From positions 74,338,001 to 74,402,000 of the forward strand of contig OZ024745.1 of assembly GCA_964016885.1 (NCBI GenBank): 64,000 nt of DNA, in the 5' to 3' direction. Under the pieces are notes generated by a model, which was not told where the DNA came from, made no database searches, and was given only the letters and a program-made list of their open reading frames with translations. Of this stretch, positions 13,139-25,160 are shown in pieces; the first letter of the stretch is position 1; each line of letters starts with the position of its first letter. The stretch comes from Eledone cirrhosa (Eukaryota). Both the position numbers and the translations under genes were made by a program.

Positions 13139-13790
13139 ATCATGATCATCATCAACATCACTGTTTTACGTCCGTTCTTCCATGCTAGCATGGGTTAGAC
13201 GGGTTGTCCTGTTATGGCCAGTGTCTGGTCGGCTGACCATGCCTTTCTCATACAGGAACTGATTTGGCTTGATTTCTACAGCTGGATGCCCTTCCTAACA
13301 CCAACCTCATTTACAGTGAGTGCTGGGTGCTTTTTTCGTGGCGCCTACACGTCCACTTTACAGTGTGGGCTGGGTGCTTTTTTGCCGTGGCACCTCCACG
13401 GCCACCTTGCAGTGGGATGGTGTGGGGGCATATTGTCTATATGTTTCAGCTTCAGCTTGTACCCGTGGGGTGTCGGGTCTTCTGTATTACTGCGTGACGC
13501 CAGAGGTCACGGTCGTGTGTCATTGCTTTTGAGAGGTGTAATTGGGTAAGGTCGGCTTTTATCACCTCATCCCAGGTCTTCTTGTGTCTCCCCACTCCAC
13601 GGTTTCCATTGACATTTAGTGCTCTGCACCTTTTTATGCAGCTGTCATCCTTCATACGCATCACATGTCCATACCAACACAACCGCCACTCCTGCTCGCA
13701 GCATTTGATTCCTCTTATGCTCAGTCTCTCTCTCAATTCATTTATGCTTTGTCGTTCGCGTATATTACTATTACACATCCATCGGAGCAT
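13139..13790 (-). mobile_element. 5'-truncated RTE LINE family A
   Basis: Encodes MLRWMCNSNIRERQS...WYGHVMR...TWDEVIK; 3' UTR and (GAT)n tail present. Confidence 0.9.
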
Positions 13791-14241
13791 GTATGTATGT
13801 ATATATGTATAAGTATATTTCCTATGTGTACTCTATAGTTAATTTATGTTACTTTGGATACAGGCATTGCTGAATAGTTAAGAAGTTTATTTCACAAGCC
13901 ACCAACTTGGCTACTGAATGGTCTTCATTAAAATCAACAGTGAAGCCATCATGTATATTTGATATCCTCTCTACTCCCTTCAGTTGGTCATATTTTAAAA
14001 TCTCCTCTACCCTTTTTTTATTTTATTTCCAGATTTTCTTAACCATCATTTAACATTTTTTTTTTTTTTTCAAGAAACCATTTTTAACTGTTGCTTGCTT
14101 ATCTCTATCCCTCTGTTGCTGATTCCTTATTTTCTTTTTCTTTTTTCTTTCCAGAAAACTGCACCAGCTATCCACTATAGTGTTCAAACACATCACCACA
14201 CACAAACACATATATATAAACATACACACACAGTATCCCTC

Positions 14242-14298
14242 ATGGCAACGGATTACATATTTGGAGACGCAAGCTCATCTGATACTCAATATAAAGAA
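14242..14298 (+). CDS. Candidate first coding exon of an unidentified host gene (MATDYIFGDASSSDTQYKE); exon 14155-14298
   Basis: Long polypyrimidine tract and CAG acceptor ending at 14154; ctcATGG start; GAA|GTAAGT donor at 14299. Non-repetitive, retains CpG. Confidence 0.4.
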
Positions 14299-15309
14299 GT
14301 AAGTGAATTACATTTTCGTTTGGTCATTTTTTTTTTTTATATCTTTCTTCCAGGTGAACATCTAGTAGTAAATGCAAATTCTCAATCACATGGTGTGTTG
14401 TTTTTTTGTTTTTGTTTTTGTTGTTTTCTTTTGGGGGGGGGTGCATAGTAGGTATAGCTTTCTAGTGTAGCAGCACCAACTACAGAGCATGTCAAAGTTC
14501 ATAAAAATCTTAAACAAATACTTCATTAATACCAACTTATTACTTAAAAACAAAACAGAATATTATTTTTGCTTTTTGTTTTCTCTCATTTGAAACCATT
14601 GTACTTTTTATATATTACAGTTAAACTGGGTATAATAACAATAATAACAATTATTTAACATCATGCTTAAGTTAGTTGCTGTTTCATTGATCCTGGCAGT
14701 TCTGCAAATCACCATCTCTTTTCTAATTATAAATTACAAAAAAAAAAAAAAACAGTTGAATATTTTAGTTTCTCTCCACCTTTAGAAATCAAACTGTTTC
14801 TCATTTCCTCCAATCTGGAGGGAGTTGGGTATATTTAAAGGTATATTTCTGGTGAAACAAAATACTAAAGCTTTGATTATAATGACTAGCAGAAAAAAAA
14901 ACCTTCGGGTGGTTTTCTGCTAATATGTGTAGTGTGTATATTGATATTATACGCAAGTATATATACATGTAGACATGATACATCAAATAAAATCGTAATT
15001 GGCAATATATAATACATAGAAATTGAATGAAGATTGCGTTACACTGTCTTATGTAATCAGTAACATGATACATTAAAAAAGACGATATTATATATAAACT
15101 GCATTAGGAGAAAATTAGTGACGGAAAATTAGTATGTTTATTTAAACGATCGACACTGGAAGTGTTGACATTTCAGAAATTTTAAAGAAGTGAATCTTTA
15201 AATAAACAAAATATATTTAATGAACAGCCACAAAATTTAGTAGATAAATTATATAATATTCATTCATTATTTATTCAAAGTAATCCAACTTATTTTACAA
15301 ATGGGATAT

Positions 15310-15654
15310 GGAGGCACATGGCTTAGTGGTTAGAGCATTGGCCTTGCAATCGAGAGATTGTGAGTTCAATTCTCACACCGGGTGATGTGTTGTTTCCTTG
15401 AGCAAGACACTTTATTTCACATTGCTCCAGTTTACTCAGCTGTAGAAATGAGATGATAGGGACTGGGGTCCATATCATTCAACTGCAAAGTGGTCGTGCA
15501 GGTGCCACGGCAAAAAAGCACCCAGCACTCGCTGTAAATGAGGTTGGTGTTAGGAAGGGCATCCAGCTGTAGAAATCAAGCCAGAATCAGTTCCCGTCCC
15601 ACCCTTGCAAGCAAGGAAAAAGCGGACGTAAAATGAAATGATGATGATGATGAT
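15310..15654 (+). mobile_element. Full-length tRNA-derived SINE with CORE-like centre and RTE family A 3' tail
   Basis: A-box TGGCTTAGTGG, B-box GAGTTCAATTC, centre CCTTGAGCAAGACACTT. 15480-15654 matches the RTE-A 3' UTR and ends in (ATG)n. Confidence 0.85.
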
Positions 15655-16109
15655 AAAAAAAAATAGACCATACGCAATCCCGTAGACCTTCCTTATAGTT
15701 TAGATTTTCTACAAACAACCAACTTCTTCCAGGAGGAAAGAGAGAGAGAGAGAGAAGAATCTACCCCATTACTAGAATGATACTTTATCAACCCCAAAGG
15801 AATGAAAGATAAGGTTGACTTTGATGGGATTTGAACTGAGTATGCAGAAGGCCTGGGGTATTTTATCTACCTCTTAATGAGCCTCCTAATTTACCATCTA
15901 TTGTAGATATATGGAAAAAGATTATATTAGAGTAAACAAGATGCACCAATCCTCAATTTTACACACACATTTGTATACACTCTCACATACACACATATAT
16001 ATTCAAATCTCACCAAGGTCAACTTTTCCTTTCATTCTTCCAAAGTTGATAAAGCATCCTAGTTATGAATGGGATTAACATTGACAATTATCTTGGAAAA
16101 TGTGAATTG

Positions 16110-16432
16110 TTAAGAAGCTCACTTTGCAATCATTGAGTCCTGGATTTGATCCCATGATGTGAGATCTTGAGCAAGTGTCATTTACTATAGCCTCGGGTTG
16201 ACCCTTGCCTTGTGAGTGGAATTTGGTAGAGAGAAACTGTTTGGAAACCTGTCAGATAGACTCTATCTGTAATTCAAAGGCCAGTTTTGTCATATACTGT
16301 GTCATACTGAAACTCCCCGAGAATTATGTTACGGTTATACGCGGTTGTGGAATGCTCAGCCACTTATTAATTTCATGCGCAGGCTGCTTGATTGATCGAA
16401 CTGGAACACTTGTCTTTGAAACTGCTGTAGGG
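16110..16432 (+). mobile_element. Older SINE; tail shared with the SINE at 59978
   Basis: TCTTGAGCAAGTGTC centre. 16265-16420 resembles 60120-60290 (CTGTAATTCAAAGG...CTCAGCCACTT...AATTTCA..GCAGGCTG). Confidence 0.6.
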
Positions 16433-17592
16433 TTATCCCATATCTTGGAAACAACAGTAGTAGTAGCAGCAGTTATTGTTTGGTAGGTGAAATGGTTAAT
16501 GTATCTGACTAGTCAAGTGACATCATCTCATATGAAATAGTGTGAAGAAATGCAATGGTGATATTTGCCTAGAATTATTCAATTTCTGATAAATGGACCT
16601 AAAAGCGCTCTTCTGATGAAAATTCATTTTCTGTTATCCTTACCATTGTTCACTATTTTATTTTATTTTATTTTATTTATTTTTTATTTTTTTACTATTT
16701 TTCAACTTTTTCACTATTGCATTTTTTTCTTGGGGGGGGGGGGGGGAATTTGATTATGTTTTGATTTATTGTTATTGTTCTTTCTATTATTGTATTTATA
16801 TTCATTGTTGATGTTTCCTCTCCATCATCATCATCATCATATTTTCTTTTGTTTGTTGTGGTCACCTTCATCACAATTGTTATTTCCTTCATTTCGTAGC
16901 TGACATCTACTCTCTGGGCATTCCTTATTGTTGCTGTTATTGTTGTTATCTTCGGGGATGCTGAATATTAATATTCATTGTTTTGTTATCTGTTACATCA
17001 TTGTCATCTTCTTCCTCATTGTTCTTCAATGATATTGTCATTTCTTCAACAATTCTCAAATTCGTTGTCATAATTTTTGTTGTCATGATTGCCTTTTTAT
17101 TTTTTCAGAAACACAATTGTATCAATTCCCTACATCATGGCAGCTTGAATTTTAAATATTTATATTTGGACATTTTCCCACTTTCTTTAACTGATCTAAT
17201 AGCAATGTAAATGTTTTCTTTTTATAGTCTTTACTTGTTATCTCTATTTATTAATACTTTCCTCCTATATTTCTATATAGTTTTCTCAGCTTTATGTTGA
17301 TTCTATTTTCCTATGCTCCCCATTTAAATCACTAAATTATTTGTCAATAGGAATATGCTGTCTATACATTGTTTGTAGCTGTTCCAAGTACCCTTTGGGT
17401 AGATTACAAAACTATGTGAAGTATGTGAACTAATGCTCAACATCATTACATCACTGCAATGTCCGTGTTTATATCCACTATGTCACAGTAAATAGTACAT
17501 GTACTAATTGTCTGTGTCATAGTATCAAAATATTGTACTGATTGAGACCCTGCATGAAATAAAAGCAAGTGTTCCATCTCAACTCATGCAAC

Positions 17593-17709
17593 TGTACACA
17601 TACATGGCACCTGTACACATACATGACACCTGTACACATACAGTCTACCTGTACATATACAGGGCACCTGTACACATACAGGGCACCTGTACACATACAT
17701 AGCACCTGA
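17593..17709. repeat. 19-bp minisatellite, ~6 units (CTGTACACATACAxxxCAC)
   Basis: Directly visible tandem units. Confidence 0.9.
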
Positions 17710-18128
17710 GTGACAACAGAGACTAACCTAATCAATACCTTGTGTTTCACTCAAGAAAATGTTTAACTGAAATCAACTTGGGTTAGAGTTAGGGTTCTAT
17801 CTGTACTAATAATGATTCAATATTGGCTGCTTCAGTTGTTTCTTATTTTGAAAGTAAGTCTTTTGGTTTGACTTCATATAGAAATAGATATATTGCTTGG
17901 TTGTTGATACCACAGCTATTTAATATATTAATTAGCAGTAGCATAATATATCATCATCATCGTTATCATTTTTAAGTTTGCTTTTCCATGCTTGCATTGG
18001 TTGGGCAGGTCCTTCTCAGCACGGCATCTCTCCACATGTTGCGATCCTTTGTCTTTGTCATTACCTCATATATATATATATATAGAGAGAGAGAGATGTA
18101 TATGCTTCCATATACATCTCTCTCTCTC

Positions 18129-18191
<63 letters not shown>

Positions 18192-18747
18192 GCTTCCATA
18201 CACAATATGTTTATGTATAGTAAACATACAAACCTCTGAGATAGCTGTGACATGATCACCGCTGAAAATACCCACACTAAGACTTAAATTGTGGTAATGA
18301 TGATGACTACTATCTCTATCTTGGTACATAACACTCAGTGAAATAAATTGAGCAGGATAATGGTCAGTGGCTTGCGCAGTGGGGGTCAATGGAAGTGAAA
18401 TATTTATATGGGTGTAGTACTGAAGGACATAGTATTGAAGTTCATATGTTGTGAGTCTAAAAGCACTATATGAGTTCCATTGCATATTAGGATGGTACAC
18501 TTAATTCTGTTATGCTCTTCGGTTTACCTAGCTGTTGGGAAAGTAAGAAATCATCTGAGAATGTTAATTATAGGATTCTATCTTGGTACAACCCTTACTA
18601 GCAGGGAAAACAGACATTAAATGATGATGATGATATCATCATTTTACAAAATGATGTACACACACACACACACATATATATGAATGTATATATGTATATA
18701 TATATATGTATGTATGTGTGTGTGTGTGTGTATATATATATATACAT

Positions 18748-18780
<33 letters not shown>

Positions 18781-18783
<3 letters not shown>

Positions 18784-20280
18784 AAAGGACTTAAAATTAA
18801 CCTGGCTAAGACCAAAGTTCTAGTTTGTAGGAAAGAAAACAAGGCGGCGGTCCCTTCTGGGAAATGGTCGTGCTCGGTGTGTAGGAAAGGCGTAGGTAGA
18901 AACTCCATTTTATGTCCTAAATGCAAAGTATGGGTGCATAAAAGATGTAGTGGGATCACAGGTAAGCTAACTAAGAACATAGATTTTACATGTGGCCGGT
19001 GTTCTGGTGCAATAAGTAGCAGCAAGTGCCCACACAATACTAGCTCTTTCAATTGCGCAGAGGGTTCTATAGAAATAGTGGACAGCTTCCGTTACCTGGG
19101 CGATAAAATCAGCAGTGGGGGAGGGTGCTCTGAAAGTACTGTAGCTAGAGTCAGAACTGGTTGGAAAAAGTTCAGAGAGCTTATACCACTATTAGCTGCT
19201 AAAGGGTTCTCCCTAAAAATGAAAGGCAGGTTGTACGATGCCTGCATACGAACAGCAATGTTGCATGGTAGTGAGACCTGGGCATTGTGTGCAGAGGATA
19301 TACGCAGACTAGAGAGGAACGAAGCTTGCATGCTCCGCTGGATGTGTAACAGTAATATACGTGAACGGCAAAGCATAAACGAACTAAGGAAAAAATTAGA
19401 GATAAGAGGGATCAGATGTTGTTTACTCGAGAGAAGGCTGCGTTGGTATGGACACGTGATGCGCATGAAAGTCGATAGCTGTATAACAAAGTGCAGGGCA
19501 ATAAAGATAGACGGTAGCCACGGAATAGGCAGACCTAGAAAAACCTGGGATGAGCTGATAAACTCCGACCTCACACACTTACACCTCTCCAAGACAATGT
19601 CACTGGACCGAGACCTTTGGCGGTACTCAGTAACAGAGAAGACCCGCCTTACCAGTAGGCATCTCTAACAAAATACACCTCGTCCCGCCACCACCCCCAC
19701 CCCATCCACACCACCCCGTTCTATGTAAAGTTATGTTGGTGCCGCGCCATCCAGGCCGAAACAAATGAGATCGTGTAGGTGTCACGACAAAAAAACACAC
19801 AGTCCACGCTGTAATGTGGCCGTGTAGGCAACACAGTAAAAACCTCCCAGACCCACACTGTAAATGTGGTTGGTGTTAGGAAGGGCATCCAACTGTAGAA
19901 AACCTGCCAGACAGTCCTATGCGAGCAAGACAATCACTCTTGCCTCAAGTGGGACTACCCCCGTCCAAACCCATGCAAGCATGGAACACGGACGTTAAAC
20001 GTTGATGATGATGATGATGATGATGATAGGAAGGGCATCCAGCTGTAGAAAACCCGCCAGACAGTCCACGCTGTAATGTGGCCGTGTAGGCAACACGGTA
20101 AAAACCTCCCAGCCCCACACTGTAAATGTGGTTGGTGTTAGGAAGGGCATCCAGCTGTAGAAAACCCGCCAGACAGTCCTATGCGAGCAAGACAATCACT
20201 CTTGCCTCAAGTGGGACTACCCCCATCCAAACCCATGCAAGTGTGGAACACGGACGTTAAACGTTGATGATGATGATGAT
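18781..20280 (+). mobile_element. 5'-truncated RTE LINE (family A subfamily) with duplicated 3' UTR
   Basis: Open frame 18781-19668 carries the same RT C-terminal motifs and C4HC3 finger. The 3' end occurs twice, with tails at ~20004-20027 and ~20265-20280. Confidence 0.92.
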
Positions 20281-20498
20281 ATATATAAATTCCATTCCAT
20301 TAAATAGAACACAGTTTTATATGTATCTATATGTTCATATATTCTTTAAAATCTTATAAAGTAAGTCATTGTTACTTTAGAAATATTTCAATTAATGTTT
20401 TAGTAGAATCTGTATCCTTGAGCTCTTCATAAGGTGCAATAACATCAATATTCTCTCATCTGTCTCTCTTTCTCTCTCTGTATATATATAGATATATA

Positions 20499-22712
20499 TC
20501 ATCATCAGCATCATCATCAGCATCATCATCATTATCTTCGTTTAACGTCCATCTTCCACGCTAGCATGGGTTAGACAGGAGTTGTCCCACTTGAGGCAAG
20601 GTTGGTCGGGTGACCGTGTCTCGCTCGCATAGGACTATCTGGCAGGTTTTCTACGGCTGGATGCCCTTCCTAACACCAACCATATTTACAGTGTGGACTG
20701 GGAACTTTTTACCGTGTTACCTACACAGCCACATTACAGTGTGGACTGTGTGTTTTTTTGTCGTGTCACCTACACGATCTCAATCTCATTATCTCATTTA
20801 TTTGGAGTGAATGTTGTGATACCAACTTTACAGAGAGAGGGTGGTGTTGGGGGGAGTGGGAGGATAGAGCAGGGGTAGTGAATTGGGGTGTATATTTGGT
20901 TAAGAGGTGCCTACTGACTGTAGGTTTCACTTTGTACATAGGCAAGGCGGGTCTTCGTATTACTGCGTAGCGCCAAAGATCTCGGTCCAGTGACATTATC
21001 TTAAAGAGGTGTAAGTGTGTAAGGTCGGAATTTATCAAATCATCCCAGGTTTTTCTGGGTCTACCTACTCCGTAACTTCCATCAATTTTGATCGCCCTGC
21101 ACTTTTTTATACAGCTGTCGTCTTTCATCGTCTTTCATGACCATACCAAAGTAGTCTTCTCTCAAGTAAACAGCATCTGATCCCTCTTATTCCTAATTTC
21201 TCACTTAGTTCATTTATGCTTTGCCGTTCACGTATATTACTATTACACATCCAACGGAGCATGCATGCTTCATTCCTTTCCAGTCTGCACAGGTCCTCTG
21301 CACGCAATGCACATGTCTCACTGCCATGTAGCATTGCTGTTCGTATACAGGCATCATACAATCTGCCTTTCATTTTTAGATAGAAACCTTTTGTGCCAAC
21401 AGCGGTATAAGCTCTCTGAGCTTTTTCCATCTCCTGACTCTGGCTACTGTACTTTCAGAGCACCCTCCACCACTGCTGATTTTGTCACCCAGGCAACGGA
21501 AAGTGTCCACTATTTCTATAGAACCCTCTGGGCAATAGAAGGAGCTAGTATCATCTGGGCACTTGCTACTTATTGCACCTGAGCATATAAAATCTACGTT
21601 CTTAGATAGTTTGCCTGTGATCCCACTACATCTTTTATGTACCCATACTTTGCATTTGGAACATAAAATGGAATTTCTACCTACACCTTTCCTACACACT
21701 GAGCAAGGCCATTTCCCTGAGGGCACCTGTGCCCTATTTTCCTTTCTACAAACTAGAACTTTAGTTGTAGACAAGTTAACTTTAAGGCCTTTTGATTCTA
21801 GGCCATGCTTCCATGTTTGGAATTTCTTCTCTAGTTCAGACATAGATTCAGCTATGAGCGTTAGATCCTCTGTGTATAGGAGTTCCCATGGGCAGCCGGT
21901 CTTAAACTCCTCTGTTATAGCCTGAAGGGCAATAATAAATAGGAGGGAGCTAAGGACAGAGCCTTGATGAACACCAACTTTTACACTAAATTCTTCACAA
22001 TATTCATTGTTAATTCTAACCTTACTGACTGTTTCTTTATACATGACTTGTATAGCTCTCACAAGCCATTCATCTACACCTAGTTTTCTAAGAGCCCTCC
22101 AGATAATGGAGTGGGGGACTCTGTCAAAGGCTTTCTCCAGGTCTACAAAAGCTAAGTAGAGGGGTTTACTTTTAGCTAGGTATTTCTCCTGTAGTTGCAG
22201 TACAAGGAAAAGAGCATCTGTGGTACTTTTACCAGATACAAACCCAAACTGCATTTCATCTAGATCAATTCTCTCTCTGATTAGTTGCGATATAACTCTT
22301 TCTGTGACCTACATGACCTGGTCAACTAACTTAATGCCTCTATAGTTTCCCCTATCTAGAGCATCCCCTTTACCCTTGTAGCAGTTAATGATGATGCTGC
22401 TACGCCAGTCTTTTGGTAGGACCCCATTCTTAATTCTTGGTTTACTATACGGGTGACCATAGTATGTCCCATTCCAGATGCCTTCAACATCTCAGCAACT
22501 ATCTCCGAAGGCCCAGCTGCCTTGCCTGTCTTCATATCTTTGATTGCCTTACTCATACTACCTTTAACTTGTACTGTTGGTCCTTCTATTGGATCGATTT
22601 GGGGCAGACTATCTTTATCCCATTTATTCTGCTCATTGTAGTGACACTTCCAAGCTACCTTCTTATCAGTATCAGTGAGGGCAAGTACACCATTATCATT
22701 AGGACACAGTTC
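20499..22712 (-). mobile_element. RTE LINE family A, longest copy (most of the RT domain), frameshifted
   Basis: Motifs QFGFVSGKSTTDA, FVDLEKAFDRV, GVHQGSVLS, LLYTEDL (decayed YADD) and KAAGPSEIVAEML; (GAT)n tail at ~20500-20535. Confidence 0.92.
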
Positions 22713-22718
22713 TCTCTC

Positions 22719-22749
<31 letters not shown>

Positions 22750-22868
22750 TTAAGAAGAAGCATAAGTACCAACTTTATTGCCATATTACAATTGCTTCAA
22801 TATCAGTTAGCTCTGGGTACAATCACGATGACAGGGCCTGACTCTTTTTCGACATCTCGTCAGATATG

Positions 22869-22900
22869 CAAGATTATATATGAAAAGACACAGCTAAACT

Positions 22901-22947
<47 letters not shown>

Positions 22948-22980
22948 TAGTTTAGCTGTATCTTTTCATATATAATCTTG
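22869..22980. repeat. 36-bp inverted arms flanking (TA)n
   Basis: 22869-22904 is the reverse complement of 22945-22980 with one mismatch. Confidence 0.9.
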
Positions 22981-24096
22981 TGTGTGTGTATGTTTGTGTG
23001 CATGTATCTGTGTGAGCTGAGAGAAAACCTCTAGAAATGAGGAATCTGATATAGTATGCAGCAGAGAAGACTAAGCTGGTGTAGACATATCATAAAATGA
23101 TAGCTGTATATTGATGTGCAGAGAAATCCTAGTGGGTAGGACTTGTGGAAGGGGTAAACTTTGGAAGACATGGCATGACGTAGTGAAGATTGACCTTAAG
23201 AAACTGAATCTCAGGACAGAGATGACAAAGGATTATTGACTCACCTACCAGCATTAAAAAATATGACCTGACCTATTCATGCACCCCTCCACCATCACTT
23301 CTTACTAACTATTCTCATCACTCTACATTCCACCCCACTGCTACTCTATCCATGATCACCCACCTCAACCCTTTTTAAATCCTAATACACCAGTTATAGC
23401 TATTCTCATCATCAAGGTACCACCTTTCATCAACCTGTCGAACTCCATCTCACTTATCATACACCTATGACATACTTTCTTGTAATTTTTATCACCCATA
23501 TCACCCCTTTTAACTCCACAAAACCCATGATATTACACTTGTCATCCTCCCCACTCCTAACTATTGTCACCCATAACATCATATCATATCATACCTCATC
23601 CTATTCCCCATACCATAAAGTAGAGAGAGCTGAATCTATGACTGACAATGTCCCTATTGCCGATACCACAATACAATGCACCCAGTACACTCTGTAAAGT
23701 GGTTGGTGTCTGGAAGAGTTTCCAACCATAGAAACTATGCCAAAAAGAATTGAGAGGACATCTCAGTCACAACATGACTACCTCTCAAGTGCTGATATGA
23801 AAACTGGACCCAGTATATCCTATAAGGTGATTGGTAATAGGAACAGCATCCAACTGTGGACACCATGTCAAAAAGGGTTGAGAAGACTCTTCAGGTGTGT
23901 CAAGGTCATGACACCCTCTGTAGTGTTGCTAACAAGATAAAACACTTTCAGTACACTCTTTGAAGTAGTTGCTAGTAGGAAAGATATCCTGCTGTAGAAA
24001 ACTTGTCAAACAAAGGATTGTGAGGACTCTTCAGTTGTGTCGAATACATCACAACTTTTACTTTCAAGGCAAATAGCCATTAAATGATGATGCATA

Positions 24097-24169
<73 letters not shown>

Positions 24170-24172
24170 ATA

Positions 24173-24270
24173 CAGGGTGTCCCATAAAAATGTATACACA
24201 GAGGCTGTGCATTCTAATAAATATTGCCTGTACAGGTAATAAAATTGTGTATACATGTTTTTGGAACCCC

Positions 24271-24273
<3 letters not shown>
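24173..24273. mobile_element. Tc1/mariner-type MITE
   Basis: TA-CAGGGTGTCCCATAAAAATGTATACAC...GTGTATACATGTTTTTGGAACCCCCTG; ~28-bp imperfect TIRs. Confidence 0.7.
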
Positions 24274-24306
<33 letters not shown>

Positions 24307-24308
<2 letters not shown>

Positions 24309-24741
24309 GATATTAAACAAATGGAAACTACATTTATAAAACCATATTTATTTCATTATATATATTTCAGGGACATCATATTAAAAATATGGTATGCCCT
24401 CTTCAGACAAAATACAATATATAAACAGTTTTATAAATAAATTTGACATACCTTAAACTTTACAACTTCCATTTAAAAAGTTGTTTTAAATGGAAGTTGT
24501 AAAGTTTAAGGTATGTCAAATTTATTTATAAAACTGTTTATATATAGTATTTTGTCTGAAGAGGGCATACCATATTTTTAATATGATATCCCTGAAATAT
24601 ATATAATGAAATAAATATGGTTTTATAAATGTAGTTTCCATTTGTTTAATATCGTAAATAAACTCCAAAACTTGTTGAGTGCTTTTATATCAGTTATAAA
24701 ATATTTACTCGTTGTAACCCAACAATTTTAAATAAAACTTT

Positions 24742-24745
<4 letters not shown>
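24307..24745. mobile_element. PLE-type pLTR fold-back element: 172-bp palindrome plus 3' extension, between (TA)n tracts
   Basis: 24307-24478 vs 24484-24655, ~2 mismatches, 5-nt loop. Hammerhead motif in each arm; TTGAGTGC at ~24675. Confidence 0.85.
24548..24613 (+). ncRNA. Minimal type I hammerhead motif (mirror copy at 24349-24414 on the minus strand)
   Basis: UAUUUUGU-CUGAAGA-GGG...CCCU-GAAA-UAUAUA-UA-AUGAAAUA. Palindromic stem III; stem I has two G-U pairs. Confidence 0.7.
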
Positions 24746-24775
<30 letters not shown>

Positions 24776-24778
<3 letters not shown>

Positions 24779-24979
24779 TCTATGCTGTAAAGTGGTCGTG
24801 TTGGTACCACGACAAAAAGCACCCAGTACACACTGTAAATGTGTTTGGCGTTTGGAAGGGCATGGAGCCGTAGAAACCAAACCTGAATCAGTTCTGTATG
24901 AGCAATACACAGTCACCTGATCTGGCTTGTCTTACATGCTAGCATGGAAAAATGGACATTAAACGGAGATGATGATGAT
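24776..24979 (+). mobile_element. RTE-A-related 3' UTR fragment
   Basis: AAAAGCACCCAG..CTGTAAATG..GGAAGGGCAT..GCTAGCATGGAAAAATGGAC, followed by (GAT)n. Confidence 0.75.
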
Positions 24980-25014
24980 ATATTTATATATATATATATA
25001 TAGAGAGATATATA

Positions 25015-25160
25015 AGTAGGTCCTGAGTTGAGTCACTGGTAACCACAGAAAATAAGGCACTCAATACATGTGTAGAGTGAAGATACAAGATTATATAGAA
25101 AAGGCTTCTACAGGACTAGTACTGTTTCACTTTTTCTATATAATCTTGTGTCTTCACTCT
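25015..25160 (-). mobile_element. PLE-type terminal remnant with short fold-back; same family as 27885-27993
   Basis: Arms AGAGTGAAGATACAAGATTATATAGAAAA / TTTTCTATATAATCTTGTGTCTTCACTCT. The minus strand keeps GAAACAGTACTAGTC (hammerhead 3' half) and ACTCTAC..TTGAGTGC. Confidence 0.6.

Noticed and set aside
15310-15385. tRNA-like sequences here and at 28683, 34297, 38050, 53516 and 59978
   Set aside because: They are SINE heads: no complete cloverleaf, and they continue into SINE bodies, several with TSDs.
16695-17210. Asp/Asn-rich or hydrophobic short ORFs
   Set aside because: Low-complexity (TCA/TTG)n sequence with no splice or homology support.
17781-17796. GGTTAGAGTTAGGGTT telomere-like repeat
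   Set aside because: Fewer than three imperfect units; within chance.
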